A stretch of 64,000 nucleotides of DNA, taken from assembly GCA_038087875.1 (NCBI GenBank), contig JAXLNO010000362.1, positions 186,001 to 250,000 on the forward strand, given 5' to 3'. The DNA comes from Malacoraja senta. Lineage: Eukaryota. Below are positions 13,491 to 25,657 of the stretch, piece by piece. The first letter of the stretch is position 1. Every line of letters starts with the position of its first letter. Below the pieces are notes generated by a model. It saw nothing but the letters and a program-made list of their open reading frames with translations, searched no databases and was not told where the DNA came from. Both the position numbers and the translations under genes were made by a program.

Positions 13491-13890
13491 CCGCTCGAGT
13501 CCCTGACTTGGACAGCTCGAGCCCTCAGCGCACTGTCCGAGACAACCGGTGGTTGGGTGGGGGGTGGGGGGTGGGGGGTGTGGGGGGTGGGGGGTGGGGG
13601 GGGGGGGGGGGGGAGATGCGCACGCGCGCTGACGTTGACTGAGAGCCCCGCCCTCCGCCCGCGGCGGCGGGAAAGCAAGGATGGCGGGAGACTCGCGACG
13701 GCTTTTGGCGCCTTTTCCCGCCGTGGGCTCGAGCTGCCCACGTGACCCGCGCTCTGGTTGGAGCCGCTCCGCTCACGTGAGGCGCCGCCAACGGCCGGGG
13801 GGTGGGGAGGGGGTTGGGCTATAAATACATATATAGTGAGCGGGAGACAGGCGGCGATTAGGCGGGAGGTTTAGTTGAGGTGGGGGTAAG
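13480..13890 (+). promoter_or_regulatory. CpG-island promoter candidate with G-tract, E2F6-type motifs, E-boxes and a TATA-like element
   Basis: High CpG density; G-runs 13551-13613; GGCGGGA at 13666, 13683, 13861 and TCCCGCC at 13716; CACGTG at 13739; TCACGTGA at 13773; TATAAA at 13820; candidate GTAAGT donor at ~13886. Confidence 0.6.
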
Positions 13891-14059
13891 TTGTGAAATT
13901 TAGCTGAGGTTTAGGGTTAGTTTAACTTAATCATTTCTACCTTTTTTTTTCGAAAACTGCAAATAATAACGTTTCTGTTTATGCTGTTCAGTATTTTTTT
14001 TCCTTTACATTTTAAACTGATGTCTCCGAAGAAGAAATGGAAAATTGTCGATCCAAATG

Positions 14060-14759
14060 CTGCAAAATTGTCAATCCAAGAGCAAAAACTTGTAGTTTAC
14101 AATGCCCAAATTGGAAAGTTGAGGAAAAACAAGGTGTACAGAGTTGCTTATTGGTTACAATCTGAGGAGTATGATGATGCTACTGATTATGATATCTAGC
14201 CAATGAACCATCTAGCAACTGATCTTCTCCATAAAGTCCTGTTGCTAGCAATTGTAATGTATTTATTTATCTGTTATGGACTTGCAGCATGTAATACAAT
14301 TATATTAAAGTTCTGATCATCAGATATCATATTTTTTGAATTTCCAAGACAGTCTGGGTGTTTATTACTATATCCATCACAATGGTCAATTTTGTAATTA
14401 GCTACAATAAGGTAACTAACTAATTATATGCTTTAATTTTAGGTCATCCAAGTAAGAATGTTTCATATTTGTTTCAGAATGCTTCAATCTCTAATAACTG
14501 AAAATGTCATTCAGTTCTCTTAATTTTTAAGAAAAGTATAGGCTTTTGACTGTCCTCGATCACAGCTTTTGTGTTAAGTCAATGGAAAAACAATAGGGAA
14601 CAAGATGCTAATTTCCGAGTATGAAAATGGCCATGACATTTTTAATACGGAAGATATGAAAGTGAATTAGGTGTCAAATTAAAATTCCTTTTATGCTTTA
14701 TCTGATGGGATAAATTATAGGCTTGATTTTTTAAATCTCAACATTTTGTAACTTTCCTA
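14060..14759 (+). mobile_element. Right end of an unclassified TIR DNA transposon with a possible coding remnant
   Basis: 14391-14759 aligns with 31141-31509 and ends in ttttgtaactttccta; upstream frame VYNAQIGKLRKNKVYRVAYWLQSEEYDDATDYDI. Confidence 0.7.
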
Positions 14760-14910
14760 GATAAGGGACTGCCGGCTGACCAATTTGGTCTCCCCTGACT
14801 CTGTCCATCTTGTTTCAGCCAAGCCCAGGACTGAGATTGTAGCACCATTTTGTTGGCAATTGTGGCAGCCTGGAACATAGTTTGGATGTTCCATGTCCCC
14901 ACAAGGATGG
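14760..14910 (-). mobile_element. RTE-like LINE endonuclease N-terminal fragment
   Basis: ISVLGLAETRWTESGE motif. Confidence 0.6.
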
Positions 14911-14920
14911 ATTTCTTTGG

Positions 14921-15140
14921 CGTTTAGTTGAGGTGAGGTAAAGGTAAAGTTTTGTCGAGGCGAGGATTTAGTCAAGGTGTGAGGTTTAGTCGAGGTGCAG
15001 TTTAGTGAGTTGAGGTTTAGGTGTGAGGTGAAGTTTAATCGAGGCGAGGTTTAGTAGTGAGGAGTGAGAATTGGTTGAGGCGAGGGGTTTAGTCGAGGTG
15101 TAGGTGTGTAAGTGAGGAGAAGTGAGAGTAGGTGATGTGA
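14921..15140. repeat. Degenerate GAGGTTTAGTCGAGGT minisatellite; related units at 13866-13922
   Basis: Repeated gaggtttagtcgaggtg variants on both sides of the 13.9-14.9 kb insertions. Confidence 0.65.
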
Positions 15141-16092
15141 GGAGAAGTGGGTGTCTGAGCTCAGGAAGGGAGACCGAAGTGCTGCTGAAAGACACAAGTT
15201 CATGTCTGGGACACAGGGCTCGTAGCTGAGACTCCAGGGAGCTTTGACATGGAGAGCGGGCAGAAGATGCCGGATAAATGTCCTCTGGGGGGCCTGGGAA
15301 CTGGGAAAATGCTGCAGCTCCTTCTCAGACCATCACAACCCCAGGAACTGGTGTCAGTGAGGAGTGGATGAGTTCCCTGGGCTCTGGAGTGGATCACTGA
15401 CAATATTGAACTGGGAGGCCATTCAGATCATCTCCCTCATCCCTCTAGATGTCTGTCTCCATCTGGCAACTTTCCCCAGCTATGAGGAAAGAATATTAAC
15501 CTGAAACATTCACTCAGTTTCTACCTCCACAGATGCTGCCTGGTTGCTGATTATCTCTGATTTTATCTCCGACAACTTATTCTTTTTTACAATAGTGGTT
15601 TTGCAGCAGCCCCCGGGTGCTGCTCCTGAGTTCAATGTGAGGGAAGCCCATGATAGTCACTGTATTCATTGCCAGAAATGTAGACACTGATGTCTGTTGG
15701 CTGGAAGCTGCAATCTTGAATCTTGACAGGCAACATTTTGGGCCTGGACCTTTCAGGCAGATCACGCCTGACCTGTACCCTAAATGCAGTTTCCTCTCTT
15801 ACTGTGATACGGTTTATTACTTCTTGGAATCAATAATATTTTGATCTTGCTGGAATGCAATTAACAACTGATTTATTTCAACCCTAGAAAAGAACTCACT
15901 ATATTCTGAGTGAAGAAATATCTAATTTCTATACTGAAGAAGTTACCCTTTATTTTAAGTTGTTGACACTTTATCCTGGAATTGTCCTGTATTAAATAAA
16001 CAATTAATAATTTAAAATCTGTTTTGGAATTAACATCTGATTATTTCAGATTATGCACCAAAGTGTATCAGGTACAATGTTTGTTTTTCCAG

Positions 16093-16216
16093 GATGTTGA
16101 CGTTCAAAGACATTGCTGGCTACTTTTCCAAGGAAGTGTTTGAAGAAATAAGTGATATGGTGAAGGTCCGTTATAAGAAGATGAAGCAGAATTATGAAGC
16201 CATGCTTGCCATTGGG
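16093..16216 (+). CDS. Exon encoding an ancestral KRAB domain of the PRDM9/SSX type
   Basis: Acceptor ttgtttttccag; MLTFKDIAGYFSKEVFEEISDMVKVRYKKMKQNYEAMLAIG matches the PRDM9 pattern FKDIxxYFxKEExxExxDxxKxRYxxxKxNYxAxxxIG; donor GTTTGT at 16217. Confidence 0.85.
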
Positions 16217-16884
16217 GTTTGTGGAATATATTTCTTCCCTTTTATTTGCTTTTTTCTAATGATGCATGCTGATATGAGTTTTTTTTTTTCCTACATGAAA
16301 TCTAAATGCTTTCTGAGACCAGGTCCTTGATTCGATCCTTCCATTTCACTCCACTGGTATACTTTGAGAATGTGTCTGAGGCCGGCCGGCTTCACCCTCT
16401 GCAACGCTGCATCGATACACACGTGGCTCATGCAAGCTGTTTCCCCAGTCTGTGTACGATGCGCTTGTGACGTGGACCCTGCTCCTCCATCCGCTGTGAG
16501 GTTCCCGCGGTGGGCGACGAGTGCTTGTGTGTGTGGGACCCCGGTCAGTGTGGGCGGAAGGGAGAACGAGGGCAGCATCAGGAAATGGGGGCGAGACACA
16601 AGGAACTGCAGATGCTGGATTACAAATAAACACAGCACTGGAGTAATTCAGTGGGTCAGGCAGCATTTGTGGAGGACATGGATAGGTGACGTTTCGATTC
16701 GGGACTCCGTGAGGAGGGATTGTTGTGAGGAACAGAGGGTAGGAGGTTCTGAGTTGTGATGGACGAGGGTTTGAGGGGAAGTCAGGAGGGACTGAGCGAT
16801 GGGGAGACAGGGTAAGGAGTTAACAGTTCCTCTCACAGAACAGCGCTTCCTCATCATTATCCCTTCCACAACACGGCACTCCTT

Positions 16885-17065
16885 CACCCCCTCCACCCAC
16901 AGTGTAGCTCTCCCTCCTCACTCTCCCCAGTACAATGCAGCGCTCCCTGCTCACCACCCCTCCCACAGCGCAGTTCACCCTCCTCACCCCCCCCCCCACA
17001 AACAGCTCTGTGCTCGTTCCTCACCGCCCCTCCCAAAGAGCAGTTCTCCCTCCTCACCGCCCCTG
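16885..17065. repeat. Degenerate ~33-bp C-rich minisatellite, same family as 40352-40585 in the opposite orientation
   Basis: Units like tccctcctcaccgcccctcccacag. Confidence 0.7.
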
Positions 17066-19186
17066 GTGGAAACACAGGCATTCACAGACCGGGAGAAGAC
17101 CAGAAAGAAGTCAGAGTTTTCGTTTTATTTTAATTCACAGATACAATGTGGAAACAGGAACCGAGTCCCCGCCGACCAGCGATCACCTTTACATTAGTTC
17201 GATCCTACACACAAGGGACAATTTACAGTGGCCAATTAATCTGTAAACCTGTCTGTCTTTTGAATATGGGAGGAAACTGGAGTACCCGGAGGAAACACAT
17301 ACGGTCACAGGGAGAACGTGTCAACACAATACATTCTGTCCTATGGGTGCTGTCTGTAACTCGGGTCCCAGGCGTTGTAAGGCAGCAACTCTACCGCTGC
17401 GCCACCATGCCATCCTTGCGATCCCCGTCACAGGTTCAAGGAAGACTGAACCACTAGGCCAAACCCAAGACCACCAGCAATGGTCAGGTCTGGACTGCTG
17501 GGAAGAAGCCTACACAAGGCTTCAACCTCAGGCTTATAGAGTGGCCTTGGCAAGCCTGAATTGCCAGTGATTCTTCTAGCCCACAGACAACGAGGGACTG
17601 CGCCCACACACATACAGGCAAAGACTGGCCGCCAGTATAATCGAGAGACTGCTATCATCAGTTCTTCAAGCTCAAAAGTTGAGCAGCCAGGAAGAAATCT
17701 GCACTGCCAGCACTGCTTATGGCAAAGGTGAACTGCAGAAAGAAGCCTGTGATCGCCACAACTCCTCCTCCTTTGAAGATCGCAGGAATAAGATGTTGGG
17801 ACAAGCCCGAGATCACTAGCATCTTGCCTAACAGCGCCAGAGACCCAGGTTCAATCCCGACTAAAGGTGCTTGTGTGTAGGAAGTTTGTACGTGTGTGTG
17901 TGTTCCCCGAGATCTTATGTTTCCCCCTACACTCCAAAGAGGTACAGTTTGTTGGTGAATTGGCTGAGTATAAATGTAAATAGTCCCCAGTGTGTGCTGC
18001 ATAGTGTCCGCGCTGTTTCTCTAAACTAAACTAAAAAAAAATCAATGTTGTTAATGGTTTTGCTATTAACTCTACACTCTCTCCTTGTGCCTTCAACCTC
18101 CCAAAGTGCGCACCTCACACTTGCTCGGTTTAAACTCCGTCTGCCATTTCTCCGCCCATTTCTGCATCTGATTTTCATCCCACCGTATCTTCCGACAGTT
18201 TACTCACTGTCTACAACTCCTCCAATCTTGGTGTTGTCAGCAAACTCACTCAGCCACAGATTGCCAGCATCTTCACACATGCGCTCTGACGGTGAGGAAC
18301 AGCGCCCCCATGTGGTCGTGGACATTTCTGCCGCTGTAAATAGAATACAGCACCTGAGTTCACCGTGTTACTGTGAATGTCGGAGTGGTCACTGCCGAAC
18401 CCGTCTCTCTCTCAACGCCACGCACACTATCTACTCGTGCTGCCTCCTTCAGTGAGCTGTGAACCTGGACTCCGAGATCCCGTTGCACATCAATGCTGTC
18501 AATGAAGAAGGAACTTGACCCGAAATGTCACCCATTCCTTCTCGGTCCAGTATGAATATTGATTTCTGTAAATTAGTGTAACACCTGCATTCCCTCTCGC
18601 CACCCTCCCCCATCCTAGTCGCACCAGTTTCTCGTTCTCACCTAAGACAGCCAACATTATTTCCTTCATCATCGTTACCTTTTTTGCATATCTTTCATTC
18701 ATTTGTTCTATATCTCTCTACTTCACCGTCTATATCTCCCGTTTCCCTCTCCCCTGATTCAGTCTGAAGAATAGTCTCAACCCAAAATGTCACCCATTCC
18801 TTCTCTCCAGAGATGCTACCTGTCCCAATGAGTTACTCCATCATTTTGTGTCTATCGTTGGTTTAAACCAGCATCTGCAGTTCCTTCCTACACTGTTAAT
18901 GGTTTAGTTTAGTTTAGTTTAGAGATACAGCGCAGAAACAGGCCCTTCGGCCCACTGTGTCCGCACTAACCAGCGATCCCCGCACACTAACACTATCCTA
19001 CACTAGGAACGATTTTAACTTTTATACCAAGACAATTAATGTATATAATGGCAGCTTGTTCCACATACCTTCCTCCCAGTGAGTGAAACAGTTGCTCCTC
19101 AAGTTTCTATTTAATCTTTACCCGCTCACCTTAAACCCAAGTCCTCTGGTTCTTGAATCCCCAACCCTGACAAATAAAACGTTGGT

Positions 19187-19985
19187 GGGGGCGCTGCGAG
19201 ACGGCTGCCCTGCCACCAGCGTGCTAGTCATTTCTACTTTTTTTTGTTATTTTAGTATGTCCAAATGTGTGTTTTAATGTCTCTCGGTGTGTCTTGTGTA
19301 GGGGGTGGTGAGGGGGTGTAAGGGGGGAACAGTTTTCGGTCGCCTCCTCCACGGAGAGGTAAATGTTTCCATGTCGCCTCCCTCACGGCCTAACACCAAG
19401 GATTGGTGCGGCCTTTCCCGGAGTCGGGCCCAGAGCTTCAGCAGCGGGCGCAGAATGGACTTTTTCATCGCGGGGCCAGGGATCGCTAGAAGGGAGTGCT
19501 CTGATCACTGGCCCGCTGCAGCCTGAAGCGCGGCAGTCTGCGGAGCTTCCAGCTGGTGCGAGGTCCGGAGCCTGGGATCCCTCGTTGGGGATCCTGGAGG
19601 AGAAGAGCTCCAACCACCGGCCTGCGGCCTACAACATCTTGAAGCTGCGTTCTGCGGTGCTTCTAACCGCGGCACGGCAGGGACTTAGATCTTCGGCCGC
19701 CAGCTTGCGGCTTACATCAAATTGAAGCCGCGGTAGGGAAGCACCAATTCGGGACTTACTTTACCTGTACATCTGGCCACCCGCAGCAGCAACTGCGGAG
19801 GAAAATGGAGGAGGACTGACTGAACTTTGTGCCTTCCACCACTGTGATGAATGCTGTGGTGGATGTTTGTGTTAAATGTTTATTGTGTATTGTGTGTTCT
19901 TTTTTATTGTACCGCTGCTGGCAAGTTCATTTCACTGCACTTTATAGTGTATGTGATGAATAAATCTGACTATCGACTATTGACT
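19187..19985 (+). mobile_element. GC-rich non-autonomous retroelement (SINE-like) with (GACTATT)-type tail
   Basis: Starts gggggcgctgc; body aligns with the revcomp of 49819-50714; ends aataaatctgactatcgactattgact. Confidence 0.7.
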
Positions 19986-21114
19986 GGGTAAAACATGCTG
20001 TGCATTCGGGCAGGAGGCAAGGTGGAGTAGCGGTAGAGCTACCACATTACAGCACCAGAGACCCAGCTTCGATCTTAACTACGGGTGCTTGTCTGTACGG
20101 GTGCTTGTTTGTACCATCTCCCCGTGACCTGCGTGTATTTTCCCCGAGTTATTCGGTTTCCTCCCACATTCCAGTTTTGTAGGTCAATTGGCTTGGTATA
20201 AATGCAAATTGTCCCTACTGAGTGTAGGATAGTGCTGGGACTGATGGGCGGCGCAGACTCGGTGGGATGAAGGGCCTGTTTCCGCGCTGTATCTTCAAAC
20301 TAAACTAATTTATTTATTTATTTATTTTAAATTTTTATTAGAAGCAGTGTACAAAAGTATAAACCGCAGCATCACATAATACATATCAGATAATACATTT
20401 ATTCTACTGCTTCAATTTTAATTTTTAGCTAAGATGAAATAGAAAAAGAGAGAAAAAAGCAAGAAAGAGAGAAAATGAAAGAGGAAGTGAATGTGTAAGA
20501 ATAGAATCCCTAGACTACCAAATAAGTGCAGTCGAAGAGTGAGGAAGTAAAAAAAAAAGAGAGAAACGTCAAAAAATAAAAAGACAAAATCAGAAAGAAA
20601 AACAAAGAGTGATGATATACCCACTTCTTATCTCTCCCCACCCATCACGCAACCCGTAAATCTGTTTAATTCCGAAGTTGTGTTGCACCATACTATCCTT
20701 GTAATTAATTAAACTAAATTTATAGCATTAAATATGTTTTTTTTGGTGTTCATGTATAAATGTGAGAGCAATTTGTACTTATTTGTTACTTAGTTTAGCT
20801 TAGAGATACAGCGCGGTGACAGGCCCTTCAGCCCACCGAGTCCACGGTGAGCTGCGATCCCCGCACATTAACACTGCCACACACACTATGGACAATTGTA
20901 CATTTATACCAAGCCAATTAATCACAAACCTGTACGTCTTTGGAGTGTGGGAGGAAACAAGCACCCGGAGAAATCCTACGCAGTCATGCGGAGAAACCCA
21001 TAAATATACTGCACTGTGCCATCAGCAGATGAGATAAATCACCCCGAAGTCCTGGTCGTTGTAGCCGGAGACTTCCGGGCCGTACTGCCAAAGTACAACC
21101 AGCATGTCTCTTGT

Positions 21115-22160
21115 CTGGAGGGTAGCTAATGTTATTCCACTTTTTAAGAAAACGGAATTATAGACCAGTTAGCCTGACATCGGTGGTGGGGAAGATCCTG
21201 GAGTCAATTTTAAAAGATGAAACAGGATCGGTCAGAGTCAGCATGGATCAACGAAGGGAAAATGATGCTTGAGTAATCTTCTGGAATTTTTTGAAGATGT
21301 AACTAGGAAAATGGACAAGGGAGAGCCAGTGGATGTAGTGTACCTGGACTTTCAGAGAGCCTTTGATAACGTTCCACGTAGGAGATTAGTGGGCAAAATT
21401 AGAGCATATGGTATTGGGGGTAGAGTACTGACATGGATAGAAAATTGATTGGCAGACAGGAAACAAAGAGTAGGGATTAACGGGTACCTTTCAGAATGGC
21501 AGGCAGTGACTAGTGGGGTACCGTGATGCTCGATGCTAGGAACGCAGCTATTTACAATATACATTAAGGATTTAGATGAAGGGATTAAAAGTAACATTAA
21601 TAAATTTGCAGATGACACAAAGCTGGGTGGCAGTGTGAATTGTGAGGAAGATGCTATAAGGATGCAGGGTGACGTGGACAGGTTGGGTGTGTGGGCAGAT
21701 GCATGGAAGATGCAGTTTAATGTGGATAAATGTGAGGTCATCCACTATGGTGGGAAGAACAGGAAGGCAGATTATTATCGGAATGGTATTAAGGTAGGAA
21801 AAGGGGAAGTACAACGAGATCTGGGTGTCCTTGGAGAGTCACTGAAAGTAAGCATGCAGGTAGAGCAAGCAGTGAAGAAAGCTAATGGCATGTTGGCCTT
21901 CATAACAAGATGAGTTGAATATAGGAGCAAATTGTACAGGGCCCTAGTCAGACCACACCTGGAGTATTGTGTGAGTATTTGGTCTCCAAATTTGAGGAAG
22001 GACATTCTTACTGTTGAGGGAGTGCAGCATTGGTTCACAAGGATAATTCCAAGGATGGCAGGACTGTCAAATTTTGAAAGAATGGAGCGACTGGGCTTGT
22101 CTACACTGGAATGTAGAAGGATGAGAGGGCATCTTATTGAAACATAAAAGATTATTAAGT
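21115..22160 (+). mobile_element. CR1 LINE RT fragment (decayed); preceded by a short Rex1-type fragment at ~21020-21112
   Basis: YLDFQRAFD, KFADDTKLGG, RPHLEYCV. Confidence 0.85.
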
Positions 22161-25100
22161 GATAGAAACATAGAAAACAGGTGCAGGAGTAGGCCATTCG
22201 GCCCCTCGAGCCTGCACCGCCATTCAATATGATCATGGCTGATCATCCAACTCAGTATCCTGTTCCTGCCTTCTCTCCATACCCCCTGATCCCTTTAGCC
22301 ACAAGGGCCACATCTAACTCCCTCTTAAATATAGCCAATGAACTGGCCTCAACTACCTTCTGTGGCGGAGAATTCCAGAGATTCACCACTCTGTGTGAAA
22401 AAATGTTTTTCTCATCTCGGTCCTAAAAGATTTCCCCCTTATCCTTAAACTGTGACCCCTTGTTCTGGACTTCCCCAACATCGGGAACAATCTTCCTGAA
22501 TCTAGCCTGTTCAACAGCTTAAGAATTTTGTAAGTTTCTATAAGATCCCCCCTCAATCTTCTAAATTCTAGCGAGTACAAGCCGAGTCTATCCAGTCTTT
22601 CTTCATATGAAAGTCCTGACATCCCAGGAATCAGTCTGGTGAACCTTCTCTGTACTCCCTCTATGGCAAGAATATCTTTCCTCAGATTTGGAAACCAAAA
22701 CTGTATGCAATACTCCTGGTGTGCTCTCACCAAGACCCTGTACAACTGCAGTAGAACATCCCTGCTCCTATACCCAAATCCTTTTGCTATGAATGCTAAC
22801 ATACCATTCGCTTTCTTCACTGCCTGCTGCACCTGCATGCCTACTTGCAATGACTGGTGTACCATGACACCCAGGTCTCGTTGCATCTTCCCTTTTCCTA
22901 ATCGGCCACCATTCAGATAATAGTCTACTTTCGTGTTTTTGCCACCAAAGTGGATAACCTCACATTTATCCACATTATACTGCATCTGCCATGCATTTGC
23001 CCTTTTTTGCAGCCTCCTAGCATCCTCCTCACAGCTAACACTGCCCCCCAGCTTCGTATCATCCGCAAACTTGGAGATGTTGCATTCAATTCCCTCGTCC
23101 AAATCATTAATATATATTGTAAATAGCTGGGGTCCCGGCACTGAGCCCTGCGGTATCCCACTAGTCACTGCCTGCCATTCTGAAAAGGACCCGTTTACTC
23201 CTACTCTTTGCTTCCTGTTTGCCAGCCAGTTCTCTATCCACATCAATACTGAATCCCCAATACCGTGTGCTTTAAGTTTGTATACTAATCTCTTACGTGG
23301 GACCTTGTCGAAAGCCTTCTGAAAGTCCAGATATCCACTTATCCACTTATCCACTTATCCACTCCCTTATCCACTCTACTAGTTACATCCTCGAAAAATT
23401 CTGTAAGATTCGTCAGACATGATTTACCTTTCGTAAATCCATGCTGACTTTGTCCAATGATTTCACCGCTTTTCAAATGTGCTGCTATCCCATCTTTAAT
23501 AAATGACTAGCATTTCCCCCACTACCGATGTTAGACTAACTGGTCTGTAATTCCCTGTTTTCTCTCTCCCTCCCTTTTTAAAAAAGTGGGGTTGCATTAG
23601 CTACCCTCCAATCCCCAGGAACTACTCCAGAATCTAAAGACTTTTGAAAAATGATCACTAATGCTTCTACTATTTCTGGGGCTACTTCCTTAAGTACTTT
23701 GGGATGCAGGCGATCTGGCCCTGGGGATTTATCAGGCCTTTAATCCATTCAATTTACCTAACACCACTTCCCGGCTAACCTGGATTTCACTCAGTTCCTC
23801 CATCTCATTTGAGCCCCGGTCCCCTGCTATTTCCGGCAGATTATGTATGTCTTCCTTAGCGAAGAGAGAACCAAAGTAGTTATTCAATTGGTCTGCCATG
23901 TCCTTGTTCACCATGATCAATTCACCTGTTTCTGACTGCAAGGGACCTACATTTGTTTTGTTTATCTAATCTTTTTCTCTTCACATATCTATAAAACCTT
24001 TGGCAGTCAGTTTTTATGTTCCCTGCCAGTTTTCTTTCATAATCTATTTTCCCTTTCCTAATTAAGCCCTTTGTCCTCCTCTGTTGGACTCAATTTCTCC
24101 CAGTCCTCTGGTAGGCTGCTTTTTCTGGCTAATTTGTATGCTTCATCTTTTGTTTTGATACTCTCCCTGATTTCCCTTGTTATCCATGGATGCACTACCT
24201 TCCCTGATTTATTATTTTGCCAAACTGGGATGAACAATTGTTGTAGTTCATCCATGCAGTCTTTAAATGCCTTCCATTGCACATCCACCGTCAACCCTTT
24301 AAGAATCAATTGCCAGTCTATCTTGGCCAATTCACGTCTCATACCCTCAAAGTTACCTTTCTTTAAGTTCAGAACCCATGTTTCTGAATTAATTATGTCA
24401 CTCTCCATCCTAATGAAGAACTCAACCATATTATGGTCACTCTTGCCCAAGGGGCCACGCACAACAAGACTGCTATCTAACCCATCCTCATTACTCAATA
24501 CCCAGTCTAGAATAGCCTGCTCTCTCGTTGGTTCCTCTACATGTTGGTTTAGAAAACTATCCCACATACATTCCATGAAATCCTCTTCCTCAGCACCCCT
24601 GCCAATTTGATTCACCCAATCTATATGTAGATTGAAGTCACCCATTATAACTGTTTTACCTTTGTTGCACGCATTTCTAAATTCCTGTTTGATGCCATCC
24701 CCAACTCCACTGCTACTGTTAGGTGGCCTGTACACAACTCCCACTAGCGTTTTCTGCCCCTTAGTGTTTCGCAGCTCTACCCATATCAATTCCACATCCT
24801 CCAAATTAATGTCCTTCCTTTCTATTGCGTTAATCTCCTCTCTAACCAGCAACGCTACCCCACCTCCTTTTCCTTTCTGTCTATCCCTCCTGAATATTGA
24901 ATATCCCTGGATGTTCAGCTCCCAGCCTTGGTCACCCTGGAGCCATGTCTCCGTGATCCCAACTATATCATAGTCATTAATAGCTATCTGCACATTCAAC
25001 TCATCCACCTTATTACGAATGCTCCTTGCATTGAGATACAAAGCCTTCAGGTTTGTTTTTACAACACCCTTTTTGATTTTTGCCCTGGATTTGTCTGCCT

Positions 25101-25657
25101 GCCACTTTTACTTTTCACCTTGCTACCTATTGCTTCTACCCTCATTTTACACCCCTCTGTCTCTCTGCTCACACATTTTAGAAACCCACCACTAATTCTC
25201 AGTTTATTATTTTTTTCTTCTTTCCCCCCTACATGTTGGGTCTGAGTGCTTCCCTTCTCTGCCTCCTGCCTCACACACTGTCTACTAGCTTTCTCTATTT
25301 GAGTCCCTCCCCCCAACCGTTCTAGTTTAAAGTCTCCCCAGTAGCCTTTACAAATCTCCCCACCAGGATATTGGTCCCTGCTCGGGTTCAAGTGCAACCC
25401 GTCCTTTTGGTACAGGTCACACCTTTCCCAAAAGAGGTCCCAATGATCCAGAAACTTGAATACCTGCCCTCTGCACCAGTCCTTCAGTCACGCATTTATC
25501 CTCCACCTCGCTCCATTCCTACTCTCACTGTTGCGTGGTACAGGCAGTAATTCTGAGATTGTTACCTTTGCGGTCCTTCTCCTTAACTCTCCTCCTAACT
25601 CCCTAAATTCTCCTTTCAGGACCTCTTCTCTTTTTCTACCTATGTCATTGGTACCTA

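Noticed and set aside
13220..13791. Pro/Gly-rich ORFs on both strands
   Set aside because: Artefacts of the G-tract and CpG island
17432..17830. Coding-like unique stretch after the aKRAB exon
   Set aside because: Stops in all frames and no identifiable homology; kept only as a candidate partner exon
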